Counted from the stretch's first letter, positions 10,145-20,836 are shown. The stretch is DNA of 44,077 bases from a virus (IMGVR_UViG_3300047507_000002:1-44077); one strand, 5' to 3'. Notes: generated by a model not told the origin, from the sequence alone. Numbers and translations are program-made.

Positions 10145-10894
10145 TTATCTAGTCCAATCTCGGTTAGCCTCAATCAATAAGTAGTCCAAATCAATAGAGG
10201 CTGCCGTTGACTTCGCCCAAACACCAGCTATACCAGCTAGTAGGGTTGTGGTAGTTGCCCCAAGACCAGCACCAACACTCTGTTCCAGTTTTCCATTGAT
10301 GTACCATCGAGCAGCACCATTCGGGTCAATCTCTAACCTTAGTATGTCACTCTCTTCAATTACACAAACCTGACTGGAAATTACACTAGCCGAGGTTTGA
10401 GTAGTATCGGTTGCCAGTAAGTAGGGCATATGCCAGTAAGTAGCTGACGAAAGAGTGCTATCCAAATGGAAACCAATAGAAGGAACTACCTTGGTAATCG
10501 TTCCCGTCAAAGAGGTTATTGGTTCAGCAACTTGGTCTGCATTAGCTGTGCAAAAACCGATAAAGACATTTTTTGTCGTCAATGCAGCCATCTCGACTCT
10601 CGTCTCAAGCACTAATGGCCCATTAAGGACAGGACTGAATACAACATTAGTACCAATCGCTGCCCCATCTGCGTCTGTATGTGCAGAGGCTTGTACTCGG
10701 ATATAGCCACTTGACTTGTCTAGTGTATATACACCAGCATCATTGTTTACCAAGTCACCTGTAACCTTGAATGGCCCAAGAGCATAACCAGCAGCAGCCA
10801 ATTCGGCAACTGTTATTGCTATAGGAATTTCTGGGCCTGCGAAGTCATCGAACAAGCGTATTTTGCCCGTTCCACTTTGTCCACTTCTAGACAT
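10145..10894 (-). CDS. Putative minor capsid / decoration protein (lectin-like beta sandwich)
   Basis: RLFDDF at the N-terminus, ARWYING, IDLDYL at the C-terminus; follows the capsid gene; AGGAGG SD. Confidence 0.65.
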   Translation of the reverse strand: MSRSGQSGTGKIRLFDDFAGPEIPIAITVAELAAAGYALGPFKVTGDLVNNDAGVYTLDKSSGYIRVQASAHTDADGAAIGTNVVFSPVLNGPLVLETRVEMAALTTKNVFIGFCTANADQVAEPITSLTGTITKVVPSIGFHLDSTLSSATYWHMPYLLATDTTQTSASVISSQVCVIEESDILRLEIDPNGAARWYINGKLEQSVGAGLGATTTTLLAGIAGVWAKSTAASIDLDYLLIEANRDWTR

Positions 10895-10907
10895 TTTGTT
10901 TTTCCTC

Positions 10908-11111
10908 CTAAAAGAACTTTAGTTCTCTTTCTAAATTTTGTATTCGGATAATATAAGGAGCGGTTATTTGTCCCTGATGCACAGGGTAACGGGGAACCGC
11001 AGCAAGATTCTCTAAACGACAATCCCCTTTATTCCCGTTCAGAGCATGAATAAGCCACCCTTTAGGGATTTTACCGTGAACCTCTTGCCATACCTCACGA
11101 TTCTTATTCAT
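10908..11111 (-). CDS. Minimal, degenerate HNH endonuclease-like protein
   Basis: VWQEVHGKIPKGWLIHALNGNKGDCRLENL; ATG overlaps the capsid stop (TAATG). Confidence 0.7.
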   Translation of the reverse strand: MNKNREVWQEVHGKIPKGWLIHALNGNKGDCRLENLAAVPRYPVHQGQITAPYIIRIQNLERELKFF

Positions 11112-11983
11112 TAACTTGTTGGGGTTGTTGCGTCTGAGTAGATTTCCACACCCCAAGTATCCAATCTCTCACCATAAGCATATTCGTCATAGTGATAGAT
11201 TTTCGTAGCTCCACCACCGATGTTCTCAGCTCTCACAGCAACCATTCTCGGTGCTCTGCCCTGTACTAGGATAATTGCCTCCTGTGCGAAGACTCCACCC
11301 TTTGCGTCACCACTACTATCTATCGTGATGTTTCCATCGGGATAGAGTTGTACACCAGCAATCATACCCCTGAATCCTTCAGAGAATACTCTGGCCGTCA
11401 AACCTTCCGCTATGGGATAAGTACCTACACCCGCTATGATTTCATCCTCTATGTCCTTAATTTGATAAGGATGTTCAACGCAACGGAAAGGTGGGTTGCC
11501 AGGTTCAGTTGTGTTACCCTGAATAAGGGCCACTGCGGCAGCTATATGCCCACTTGTTTGGGTATTGCCAGCACCACAGTATGAGTTAGAGAACCCATCG
11601 AGAACGGTTAATCCATCCTCATCTTTCTTTCGCTGTATTGCATTTTGAGCCAGTGAGCCGATTCTAGCATATGCGTTCTTGGATATTCTCGCAGCTACCC
11701 TGTCTGTTATACACGTCTCAATCCCTGCCGCAGTGGGTATGATTGTCAACAGTGTGTCAGATACTTGCTGCGGGTTGTCCAATTCGGTGGTTTCAGTTAT
11801 GTCCTGTGCGGTAAGTTGGGCAAACGAAACTTCGTTCCAATTCAGACCAATACCCTCACCAAGAGTTTGCTTTTCCACCAGTTGAGGCATAACGCCTTCA
11901 AACTCCCTGACTATTCTCGCTGAAGCTATTACAGTTTGTAAACTATCAGCAAGAGAACCAGTAGTTGTATTACCACTTGCCAT
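11111..11983 (-). CDS. Major capsid protein
   Basis: 290 aa directly after the scaffold; HK97-fold-like features (AIQRKKDEDGL, VEHPYQ, DEYAYGE). Confidence 0.85.
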   Translation of the reverse strand: MASGNTTTGSLADSLQTVIASARIVREFEGVMPQLVEKQTLGEGIGLNWNEVSFAQLTAQDITETTELDNPQQVSDTLLTIIPTAAGIETCITDRVAARISKNAYARIGSLAQNAIQRKKDEDGLTVLDGFSNSYCGAGNTQTSGHIAAAVALIQGNTTEPGNPPFRCVEHPYQIKDIEDEIIAGVGTYPIAEGLTARVFSEGFRGMIAGVQLYPDGNITIDSSGDAKGGVFAQEAIILVQGRAPRMVAVRAENIGGGATKIYHYDEYAYGERLDTWGVEIYSDATTPTS

Positions 11984-11995
11984 TTGTTGCCTCCA

Positions 11996-12649
11996 TTATT
12001 TCATTTTTTGCAGAATCTTCTGTGCCCGTTTGTGGTCATTAGACTTGCCTTCACTATAACTTTTCATAAAGGCTTCATCCGAATCTCCACCAGCATCAGA
12101 AGTCCCACTATCAGCCTTAAAACCTGATTTTTCTTGAACTTTAGGTTGCGACTTCTCCTTCTCCACAGATTTAAGTTGAGCCATAAGTTCCATTTCCCTG
12201 GGACTCGTTGCGTCTAAAAGTTCACGGGCATCATCAAGACCAAGGTTATACTGTTTGGCTAAGTCCTTGGCTTGGTTATATTTCCTTTCAACAGCACCTT
12301 CTTCTTTTTGTCTCGTTTCTTCGAGTTGACGTATATCGTCTTCGAGTTGGTGCCTACGCCTAGTTTTGCTTTGCCCTTCAGCATCGCCTTCAAGGTCTGT
12401 TAGTTCTTTCTGCCGTGATTCTAAACGCTGTCTCTCCTGTGCTTTGTGAAGTTCTTGAAGTTCGCTTTGAACTTTAGAGAGCGTGGCTTCCGCCTTGTCT
12501 TTTAGACTCTGCATCTTCCTCCACTCATCCTCTGTTCTTGGTTTTGAAGTCTCCTTCTTCTCAGTAGAAACTACCTCGGAAGTTACCTTAGAAGTTTCCT
12601 CCTGCGGTATCTCCTGTGATGTTCCTTCTTGAGTCAATTCTTGCTCCAT
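11996..12649 (-). CDS. Capsid scaffolding protein
   Basis: Highly charged coiled-coil with acidic N-terminus, immediately upstream of the capsid gene. Start at MEQE (AGGAGG SD); the ORF track extends to 12694. Confidence 0.75.
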   Translation of the reverse strand: MEQELTQEGTSQEIPQEETSKVTSEVVSTEKKETSKPRTEDEWRKMQSLKDKAEATLSKVQSELQELHKAQERQRLESRQKELTDLEGDAEGQSKTRRRHQLEDDIRQLEETRQKEEGAVERKYNQAKDLAKQYNLGLDDARELLDATSPREMELMAQLKSVEKEKSQPKVQEKSGFKADSGTSDAGGDSDEAFMKSYSEGKSNDHKRAQKILQKMK

Positions 12650-12700
12650 GTAATCCTCCTTTATTTTTGCCACTTTTAAGGTAGTAGCCACCATGCGACC

Positions 12701-15700
12701 CTACTTTGCTGCACCTGACCAAGGATAGGTTTTTGTAGTTCCTGCCCAAGGTGTAGTTCCCTCAGACCAAGGATATTGAGGTGCTGGTGTTCCCCTGTAA
12801 TCATCCCACCAAGTTTCATCTTCTATTCCTCTAATTCTAGATTCCTCAACTGACCTTGCTGGTTGAGGTAAGTCTTTTATCCACGCATTTATATTATCCT
12901 TGATATATCCTTGAATCTCTGGGGAATACTTAAGTATGAACTGGTCTAGTTTTGCATTCAGGGTATCCCAATCTATCGGCAAATCCGAAGCCTCAATTAA
13001 TTGGGAATAATATGACCAATATTCGTCAAGTGCTTTATCTTCTGGTTTGGCACTCTCGTTTAGATAATCTTCTATTTGTTTTGTTTGTACTGGGTCTAGA
13101 AGTGTCTGTATCTGCCAAATTGTGTTTCTAGAACCTGAATAATATGGTCTGATACGACTGCGTTCCTTATCATAGTCATACTTTGTTATTGTCCCATCCA
13201 AGAGAGCCTGTGCTGCCTTATTTAAGTCAGTATCTCTTGTCTGAATTGCCATATCAGTTACAAGGGCAATAACTTTTGGTAAATCGGCTCCCCTTATTAG
13301 CAGTTCATTCTTCGCTGCATCATAGATTGTTTTGAGGTCAGAATGATTCCTCATTAAGTCGTCTCTTTGAGCACCATTCAAACCGTCATAAGGTAAGTTA
13401 TAATCAGACTTGGCATACTTCTCTCTTAGAGATTGCACCTCATACCACTTACTTGTAATAACATTCACGCCAGCGAACTGCCCTACAGCTTGAGTTATCA
13501 TTTCCTCTGTGGTCATTTGAGTTCTAAGAGCCTCAACTATTGAGCCCGCAGTTAAGGGGATGCCTCCTTCAAACTCGTATGCTAATGTTCTCCATATCTG
13601 TTCTGGTATTTCACCACTTCTGATTTTCTGCCCGTAATAATCCTGGTTTCGAATTAGGTCAAGTTGAACTCTCATAAACGGATTAATCCTGTTCCATAGA
13701 TATTGAGGCAATCCAGCAAACGGTAGAGGAACTGGCACTCCACTGAGTTTCTTGGGATAGATTGCCCTGAATAAAGCCCGATATGGCCCGCCAATGGGTA
13801 TCCTTGTATTCCCTATCATAATAGATAGAAACTTCCCATTGTTCGGGTCAGGGTTAATAGCATCTAGGATGGCTTGCTCAACACTTTCTCCTCTTCGTTT
13901 TGCCCTGTCCGCCTGTGATAAAGCCGATACAACTATTGCAGTAGCAGCCATTGTAAGAATTATCTTTAAGGATAGAATTTCCTCTGTCTTCGCCTTTTGC
14001 CCAGTTATTAACTTTATAAATCCCTTTGTTGCATTTCCATAAAGTTCCGCAGGTTTGCGAATGAATGAATATGATGTTGGCAAAGCCCGAAGTAAGGTAT
14101 GTCTTGCTTTTGATTGCCCTAATTTCTCAGGACTCATTAAAGGGAATACTTGAGTAGCTATCGTAGATGCAGAAACCTTAGCATCAAGTTCTGTCATCCC
14201 ACCTTTAACTAAGGACGTCCATGTTTTAGTATATAAATTGTAAGTTTGCCTAGTTACTATTAGAAATGTGCTTTCTGTGAATTTACTAAAGCCTGGTATT
14301 TTACTTAGAAAACCGCCAGCAAACTCTTGTGGAGCACCACCAGGAATGCGTCCTAGAAGGGAGAAGAATTGTGCCCATTCTCCAGGATTCTTTTCTATAT
14401 CTTTTGCTAATCCTTCAACCGTGAAACTTACTAATGGATTTCCCGATTCAATGGCTTTTTTAATCCCACCACCCATTTGAATTAAGGAACCAATCGGGTC
14501 TGCCAGAATACCAACTGGTGTTTGAACACCGATGATAGGTGAGAGGTCTCCTGAAAATACCGTACCTCTCATATTCTCAATAAAATTTAGAAAACCATTA
14601 TTGCTGACTTTCAGTAATTCCCTGATAATATTTGCCTGTTCTGCTGGGAAGTAACGATATATCCCTTGCTGAACAAACACATACGGTTTTAGATTGGCAG
14701 CCTCCCATGCAGGTCTAAGGGCTTTGATTTGTGCCCTAACGCCATCTATTTCCTTCTGTATATCCTCAATTCCCATTCCTTTTCGTATGCCAGCAGCGAG
14801 TTTAACATCAAGGGCACTCTGGGCATCCGCCAAATCAACATCTTCGGCTGGACTATTCAGGAAAGTAGTAATCGCCTTGTTTAACTTTACATCTAGTGTG
14901 CCAGCACTACCTTGTAGAGAAGCAAGTCTTCCTCGTAATGCAAGCATCTTCTTGGCAAGTTGCGGATGAGTTTCTTGTATTGCTTCAAGTCTAGTCTTGC
15001 CTGCGAGAACAGTTCTGAAAGTTTCCCCAGCAGACATAGAACCTTTAGCACTATCCATTCCATAGATGAGTTTCTCTACATCAAGTTCAGGCTTGAATGT
15101 TTTATCGTATGCCATTCGCTCTCTTATAGAAGCCCAGATTCTTGTTCTAGCCCTGCCAGAGGCGATAGCCCTCATTTCACTCCCTACCGCTTCTATGGTA
15201 TCCTCAGATATATCTATATTGGATAAAAATGCACCACTTACCTTAACAGGATAAGTGCCAATCTCTACCCCATAATTGTCTTTGATGAAATTGAGTAACC
15301 CCGTGTTACGGTCATTTAGTTTGGTAAGAACCGCCTTTTGCTTATCGGTCAAGTCGTATAAATCAGGATTATCTGCGATGTCTTTTAATGTCTTGGTAAT
15401 TGGACTCTTTGCTTGCTCGGCAGTTCCCAGAAACTTAATCTTTACCTTGCCACCATTTATGATTCGTTGTCTCTTTATCGCAGCAGGAAAGACATCTTTT
15501 AATTCTCCGATTATAGAAAGTCTAGTCGGCAATGCCCTGACGGCAACATCTCCCCTAACAGCAGATTCGGCAATGTGAGCGACTAATATCTTTTCATTCT
15601 CACCTTTCATTAAAAGTCCTGGTCGTTCAAATTGCAGAATTTGCTTGATACCTGGAATTCTATTTAAAAGATTTGTAAACTTGCCAGGTCTATCCCTTTC

Positions 15701-17875
15701 AACAACTGTTCTTGATTGCTCTATAATCTTATCTCTTTGAGCGAAACTTGGTGTTGGTTTCGCAGCAGTCGGAGGTATAGGTGGAATAGTCGGTGGGACG
15801 GGAGTAGTAGGTGGGACAATCCCACCAGTAACTTCAGGAGTAACCTTACCAGTAGTCGTCTCCCATTTAGGAGTTCCAGGCGGTATTCCAATAGCATCCT
15901 CTTTATCTATTAAAACTACCTCTCCATTCTCTTGTCTCACCTGCCAAGCGGGAGTATTTTCATCTATTAATCCCTCTCCCACTACAGTTCCCTTTAGTGC
16001 ATTGGGTTGTCTGCCCATTTCGCCCTTTAATTCAATATAATCACCAGTTTTAATCTCTCTTGCTGCTTTGGGTGATGGGTATTTAATTGGCATTTCCCCA
16101 GTAATCGTACCCTCTTCTGCCATAGCGGTAGTAGCATATTCAGGAACACCTCTCGTTACAACCTCGCCCAACATTCTCTGGTTAGAGGGAGTTAATTTGA
16201 TAACGCCACGACTTTCAAGGGCATTGAAAAGTTTGACCCCATCTGCCTCCATCATCCCTGTGTATAAAGGAACTCCTAACGACTCGGCTTCTGAGAGAAC
16301 CTTATCAATGGTCTGGGAGGCAAGTCCCTGCCTTCTGGCGGTCTCAGTAATATCAATCCTCCCCATTATTATGCCGTCAATCCCGAAGGCTTCAGTAGTT
16401 CCATAACTTACCTTGCCTACCACTTGGTCGTTTTGTAGGATTTCATATCCCTTGCCTACGTTGGTAGTTATGGGCTTAAATTCAACTCCAGGAACTTCGC
16501 CAGTAATGGTTTCCCATCCTGCCATTGCAGTCTCACGAACTATACCCTCAGTTTCTATCCCTGTTATAATATCATCATATAGAGGATTACTTTCGCCAAT
16601 CTCTTTCTTGAGGGAGGTCTTAACCTTTTGAATGGCCTTAGAACTACTTACTATTGCTTGCCCAGCACCAGCCATTATAGTAGTCAGAAGAAATGTCTGT
16701 GGAGCAATTTCTTGAAATGCTTGAAGCCAAGTTATTTTCTTGTCTCGCAACCCAGCCTCTACTTCTATCGCACTTTGCCCCTTCTGGGTGATTGTTTCGG
16801 TTAATAATTCCTCTCCGTATATTGAAGCTATTTTCCCTATTAGTTTAGTGGCTATTGACTTACCAACTACCTTGGCCAAGGGTGCTGTTAAAATCCTCGC
16901 AAACGCCAAATTACTAATAGCCTCTGGTACTGCTTCCCAAAGTCCATACTTAAATGCCTTATCAGAGAAATCTTCTTTTAGTTGGTTTTCTTCCTCTTGG
17001 GTTAAACCTACACCTGTTTGTTGAATTCTCTCTTCGTTCTTTAGTTCAAGATATTGTTGCATTATCTGATACGAGGTCATTTGATATGCAACCGCTCCAG
17101 ATGCAGCAGTTCCTAATCCCCAAGCCACAACTCTCATTCCAGGAAGAGGAATCCAACCAACCGCAGCACCAGCACCTAATCCAGCTCCCATAGAGACAAT
17201 AGAATAAGATAGACTTTGTGGCATTTGGGCTAAACCTTGTAGAGTAGGCGAAAAGGGATAGCGTTGGGAAACATCCTGAACAAATTGGTTTATATCTTCA
17301 TTAGCTTCAGAAATATATGTATCTGCCCAATTTTTATTAACGACACTTGCCCCACCCTGCCCCTGTGTTGCTTGTAGTATAGATGCTGCTAATTGTTTGG
17401 GGAGTTTACTTAGACTTTCCCCTATAACACTGGCATAATCCTTAGTGGGGACTAATTCCAACATCATTACACCTGGATATGGTAACTTAGGAGTAGTGGT
17501 TTTAGTAGATATGAAAGGGACACTCTCAAAAGGAGGCGCAATTGGTGATGGAGTCGGTAACACTGATACAGTTCCAAAGACCTCACGTAATTGGTCATTT
17601 GTAACATCTGGCATGAGATTCCTTAACAATGCCTCAGTATCATTATTCCAACCCACCCTTTGTATATCACTAAGAAACGCATCGGGTTTCTCCGCAGCAT
17701 AACTTAAAACATCCGATGCTTTCTGGTTAGGGAAAATCCTAACAAGAAGATTCTCAAATTCTGTACCGTATGCAGTTTCAGAGGGTTGAGTAGCCATTCC
17801 AGACCAGGGATATGCTTTTCCAGTTGCTTGTTGAGCAGGTTGAGTTGATGTCCCAGTCCAGGGATATTTAGTCAT
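12701..17875 (-). CDS. Large internal virion (ejection) polyvalent protein with GNAT acetyltransferase domain and C-terminal large-polyvalent-associated-like domain
   Basis: ~1,724 aa; hydrophobic Gly/Ala-rich segments; IDITETARRQGLAS GNAT motif A; PDPNNGKFLSIMIGNTRI...NQDYYGQKI region. Confidence 0.75.
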   Translation of the reverse strand: MTKYPWTGTSTQPAQQATGKAYPWSGMATQPSETAYGTEFENLLVRIFPNQKASDVLSYAAEKPDAFLSDIQRVGWNNDTEALLRNLMPDVTNDQLREVFGTVSVLPTPSPIAPPFESVPFISTKTTTPKLPYPGVMMLELVPTKDYASVIGESLSKLPKQLAASILQATQGQGGASVVNKNWADTYISEANEDINQFVQDVSQRYPFSPTLQGLAQMPQSLSYSIVSMGAGLGAGAAVGWIPLPGMRVVAWGLGTAASGAVAYQMTSYQIMQQYLELKNEERIQQTGVGLTQEEENQLKEDFSDKAFKYGLWEAVPEAISNLAFARILTAPLAKVVGKSIATKLIGKIASIYGEELLTETITQKGQSAIEVEAGLRDKKITWLQAFQEIAPQTFLLTTIMAGAGQAIVSSSKAIQKVKTSLKKEIGESNPLYDDIITGIETEGIVRETAMAGWETITGEVPGVEFKPITTNVGKGYEILQNDQVVGKVSYGTTEAFGIDGIIMGRIDITETARRQGLASQTIDKVLSEAESLGVPLYTGMMEADGVKLFNALESRGVIKLTPSNQRMLGEVVTRGVPEYATTAMAEEGTITGEMPIKYPSPKAAREIKTGDYIELKGEMGRQPNALKGTVVGEGLIDENTPAWQVRQENGEVVLIDKEDAIGIPPGTPKWETTTGKVTPEVTGGIVPPTTPVPPTIPPIPPTAAKPTPSFAQRDKIIEQSRTVVERDRPGKFTNLLNRIPGIKQILQFERPGLLMKGENEKILVAHIAESAVRGDVAVRALPTRLSIIGELKDVFPAAIKRQRIINGGKVKIKFLGTAEQAKSPITKTLKDIADNPDLYDLTDKQKAVLTKLNDRNTGLLNFIKDNYGVEIGTYPVKVSGAFLSNIDISEDTIEAVGSEMRAIASGRARTRIWASIRERMAYDKTFKPELDVEKLIYGMDSAKGSMSAGETFRTVLAGKTRLEAIQETHPQLAKKMLALRGRLASLQGSAGTLDVKLNKAITTFLNSPAEDVDLADAQSALDVKLAAGIRKGMGIEDIQKEIDGVRAQIKALRPAWEAANLKPYVFVQQGIYRYFPAEQANIIRELLKVSNNGFLNFIENMRGTVFSGDLSPIIGVQTPVGILADPIGSLIQMGGGIKKAIESGNPLVSFTVEGLAKDIEKNPGEWAQFFSLLGRIPGGAPQEFAGGFLSKIPGFSKFTESTFLIVTRQTYNLYTKTWTSLVKGGMTELDAKVSASTIATQVFPLMSPEKLGQSKARHTLLRALPTSYSFIRKPAELYGNATKGFIKLITGQKAKTEEILSLKIILTMAATAIVVSALSQADRAKRRGESVEQAILDAINPDPNNGKFLSIMIGNTRIPIGGPYRALFRAIYPKKLSGVPVPLPFAGLPQYLWNRINPFMRVQLDLIRNQDYYGQKIRSGEIPEQIWRTLAYEFEGGIPLTAGSIVEALRTQMTTEEMITQAVGQFAGVNVITSKWYEVQSLREKYAKSDYNLPYDGLNGAQRDDLMRNHSDLKTIYDAAKNELLIRGADLPKVIALVTDMAIQTRDTDLNKAAQALLDGTITKYDYDKERSRIRPYYSGSRNTIWQIQTLLDPVQTKQIEDYLNESAKPEDKALDEYWSYYSQLIEASDLPIDWDTLNAKLDQFILKYSPEIQGYIKDNINAWIKDLPQPARSVEESRIRGIEDETWWDDYRGTPAPQYPWSEGTTPWAGTTKTYPWSGAAK

Positions 17876-18945
17876 TACCAATTCGTTACCCTCGTTGTAG
17901 GAGCCTGCACATAATAACGTTCGCCTCTTTCAGCAGGTCTTTGTCCCATATATTCTTGATAAATTTCAGGGGTTTCCTCTGATAACCACGCTGCAAAACC
18001 TGATTCTCTTTTGGTTGCTTCGGCTCTTGCTTCCTCTCGTGTTTCATATCCTGTTAATCGTGGCAATCCAGCTTCAAATTCAGCTCGTAAACTAGGATAT
18101 TCACTCTGTATATATTCCAGTAAAGCCCCAGACATATCACTTTGTTCTTTTCTCCAGTTGGCAAAGGCCTCAGGATACATGGGAGTTTCGCCATATCGTT
18201 CCTTTGCAGCATATCGTTCCTCGGTATATCCTTCTTCACGCCTTCTGGCTGCCTCTTCAGGAGTTAGGGCATACTTTTCAGCTCCTGCCTCTTCCTCTAA
18301 CGCTGTTCCATATTTCTGTTTCCAAATATCTAATTGTTTTTGTGCCTTATCAGGATTAGCAAGCCAATCCTCTATATTTGTAGGAAACCAATCAGTTAAT
18401 TCCCCATAGGCACTTGCATATCGTTTGAACGTGTTAAATTCCCGTAACTGTTCCTCAGTATATCCTCTTGAATAGTATTCAGCATTACCCGCCCATTCAT
18501 CCATGTGGGCGAGAAAGTCAGCAATATCCTTCGGAACAGGCCAGTTTTTACCATCTTTTGTTTTGAGGAATGCCAGATAATCGTTATAGTTATCTAATTG
18601 TGCCTGAGTATATTCAGCAGCAGGAGGAGGGGGAGTAGTTGTCAAGGTTGCTTGTTCTACTGGGGTTAAAAGGGATGCTTGCGGTGTGGGTTGTCCCGCC
18701 CATTTTGCTGCTTCTTGTACCCCATATTTTTGAGCAATAGTGGGTGTGGTCTGAGCAGTAGATGGAGTGGGTGTCGTTACAGGAGCAGTTGTAGTGGTTG
18801 CCGTGGGAGTTGTAGGTGTTGCCCCAACAGTTTCAAGACTTTCTGCCCCTAGTCCATAATATTGAGCCATCTTGAGAGCACCTTCATAGGTGTCTGCATG
18901 AAATTTAAGAGTTGTTCCGTCTTTTAGGTGAAGAATGTAATCCAT
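17875..18945 (-). CDS. Putative internal virion protein
   Basis: 356 aa with Thr/Pro linker, between the portal and the large virion protein. Confidence 0.6.
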   Translation of the reverse strand: MDYILHLKDGTTLKFHADTYEGALKMAQYYGLGAESLETVGATPTTPTATTTTAPVTTPTPSTAQTTPTIAQKYGVQEAAKWAGQPTPQASLLTPVEQATLTTTPPPPAAEYTQAQLDNYNDYLAFLKTKDGKNWPVPKDIADFLAHMDEWAGNAEYYSRGYTEEQLREFNTFKRYASAYGELTDWFPTNIEDWLANPDKAQKQLDIWKQKYGTALEEEAGAEKYALTPEEAARRREEGYTEERYAAKERYGETPMYPEAFANWRKEQSDMSGALLEYIQSEYPSLRAEFEAGLPRLTGYETREEARAEATKRESGFAAWLSEETPEIYQEYMGQRPAERGERYYVQAPTTRVTNW

Positions 18946-19188
18946 TTATAACCATCCTCCAAAAATATCTCTGGGTTTCTTTCTCTGAAGAGGGACATTC
19001 TCAGGAAGTGATTTCGTTACTTTAGGAGGTCGCCCTGCTATATCGTATCTTGGTCGAGAAGTAGGAATTCGGGATTGTGGCAAGCGTGGTGTATTATCAG
19101 CCGTTACCCTTAAACCTTGAATTGGCTTTTTTGTGCCACTAAATCTTTCTACTAATCTATCCCTCATTTCTTGAATTAGGTCTGGCAT
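18946..19188 (-). CDS. Small basic hypothetical protein
   Basis: 80 aa, Arg/Pro-rich, abuts the portal gene; GGAGG SD. Confidence 0.65.
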   Translation of the reverse strand: MPDLIQEMRDRLVERFSGTKKPIQGLRVTADNTPRLPQSRIPTSRPRYDIAGRPPKVTKSLPENVPLQRKKPRDIFGGWL

Positions 19189-19189
19189 C

Positions 19190-20836
19190 TTATCCTCCTG
19201 GCACTTGTGGTACTGGTGGAGTTCCCTCTGGCGTTCCCGTGGGTTGTCCTGGCATACCTGGTACCCCTTGCTGTTTCTGTAAATCCATTAAAGCTAATTG
19301 CTTTAGTAATATCTTCGCTTTATCATATTGTTTCTTTTCTATGTAAGCTAGAATTACATCTGGCAATTTAAGTTCAGGAATCGCAGCCTCAACCCCCTCT
19401 ATATCTATCTCAGCGATTCGGGATGGAACATCCTGCTCTAATATCACTCTCTCCATAACATCCTTCTTGCTCATTAGCCCAAGTTGTAATAACATTTGTG
19501 CTCTCTGAAGAGCTTCTACCTCATCATAAACATCCTTCCGCATTAACTCGGCATTTACATAGAAATCATTGTCAAGAAGTTCGGGTACCATATCAAAAAC
19601 CTCGTATGTTTTGTTAGCTACGGTTCTTACTGGTACGGTCAATCCCTGAGTTGTAGCCTGACATTTAACCATACGGCAAATTCTTGTATACATATCATTC
19701 AATGCTCCTACTATAGGAGTCTCAGTATCCTGCTTATCCTGACCCAAAATTCTAAGAGCCGCACCTGAATGGGCTGATGTATCGGGATTTAATTCAGCAT
19801 AGGTAGCATTTTTGATACCAGTAGATATATCTCCCATTATTGCCATTAAACTACTTGGTATATCGGCTATCTTCATACTTTGCACCGTTTCTGATTTGGG
19901 ATGACTCATCATAGCCCCAGGGTAAAAGTCTAAGGTTTCTGAAGTCATAACAGGATTTGTTCCATCTTCATAAGCATGGTCTAATGGTGCTTTTGCTATC
20001 ATATGGGCATGGGTGGCGGTAATTGACCTCATTTTATTAAGACTCCTGAATCCCGTCTTCACATGGTCAAATATACTCTCACCCCATGAAGTTACCTGTA
20101 TACCAGAACTGTCAATAGCCTTAGGGGCACGAGCAACAGGTTGTAAAATGATAGGAACTCCCTTAAACGGATGCTTCCACACCTTGCCGAGTCGAGTCTT
20201 ATCTTCAGTAAGATATCTAACATTATGGTCTCTGTCCCAGTAATCACTCTTTGAAATCCCCTTTCCTTGTTCGTCTTTAACTTCTACCTTGTATTCATTC
20301 CATATAGATTCAGCACTAGGGAATGTCTCATAACATCCCCATGCCAAACCCTTACTGTCAAACTCAAAGGTTAGAGAACCAGGATATAAGGGCAAGAAAT
20401 CCCAAACAATTTCGCCAGTTTCATCATCAAGATAAACTAATATACGAACAGCGATTCTGCCTATGACTGTTGCCTGCCACGAGGTAGCTGGTAATAACTT
20501 AACTTCTCCTATCATAGACAACCTTTCATCAGCTTTCCCAAATCCGTGATAGTACATATTCTCTTCATGGTTAGCTGTCTTTATAGCATCAGGATTGGGT
20601 AATGGGTTAGGTGGTAAAACATGAATATCTAACCGAGAACGATTTATAGATGCTTGAGTCTTGATTGCCAAGGCCACCATCTCTGTCCCCGTGATATTAA
20701 TAGCCATCTTGTGAGTATCAAATATCTGCTCCGTGCCACTCCATAAGTCGTAGTTTTCTTTATCTTTGTCAAATAGTGGTTGGAGTTGTTGTTTTCTTTT
20801 TTCTACTTTTGCACTAATCTCATCTATATTTTTCAA
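19190..20836 (-). CDS. Portal protein (podoviral head-tail connector type)
   Basis: 548 aa immediately after TerL; HPFKGVPI and HSGAAL motifs; Pro/Gln-rich tail. Confidence 0.85.
   Translation of the reverse strand: MKNIDEISAKVEKRKQQLQPLFDKDKENYDLWSGTEQIFDTHKMAINITGTEMVALAIKTQASINRSRLDIHVLPPNPLPNPDAIKTANHEENMYYHGFGKADERLSMIGEVKLLPATSWQATVIGRIAVRILVYLDDETGEIVWDFLPLYPGSLTFEFDSKGLAWGCYETFPSAESIWNEYKVEVKDEQGKGISKSDYWDRDHNVRYLTEDKTRLGKVWKHPFKGVPIILQPVARAPKAIDSSGIQVTSWGESIFDHVKTGFRSLNKMRSITATHAHMIAKAPLDHAYEDGTNPVMTSETLDFYPGAMMSHPKSETVQSMKIADIPSSLMAIMGDISTGIKNATYAELNPDTSAHSGAALRILGQDKQDTETPIVGALNDMYTRICRMVKCQATTQGLTVPVRTVANKTYEVFDMVPELLDNDFYVNAELMRKDVYDEVEALQRAQMLLQLGLMSKKDVMERVILEQDVPSRIAEIDIEGVEAAIPELKLPDVILAYIEKKQYDKAKILLKQLALMDLQKQQGVPGMPGQPTGTPEGTPPVPQVPGG

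Noticed and set aside
537-20243. Plus-strand ORFs antisense to structural genes
   Set aside because: They are shadow ORFs wholly within long minus-strand genes, with no SD or recognisable motifs.
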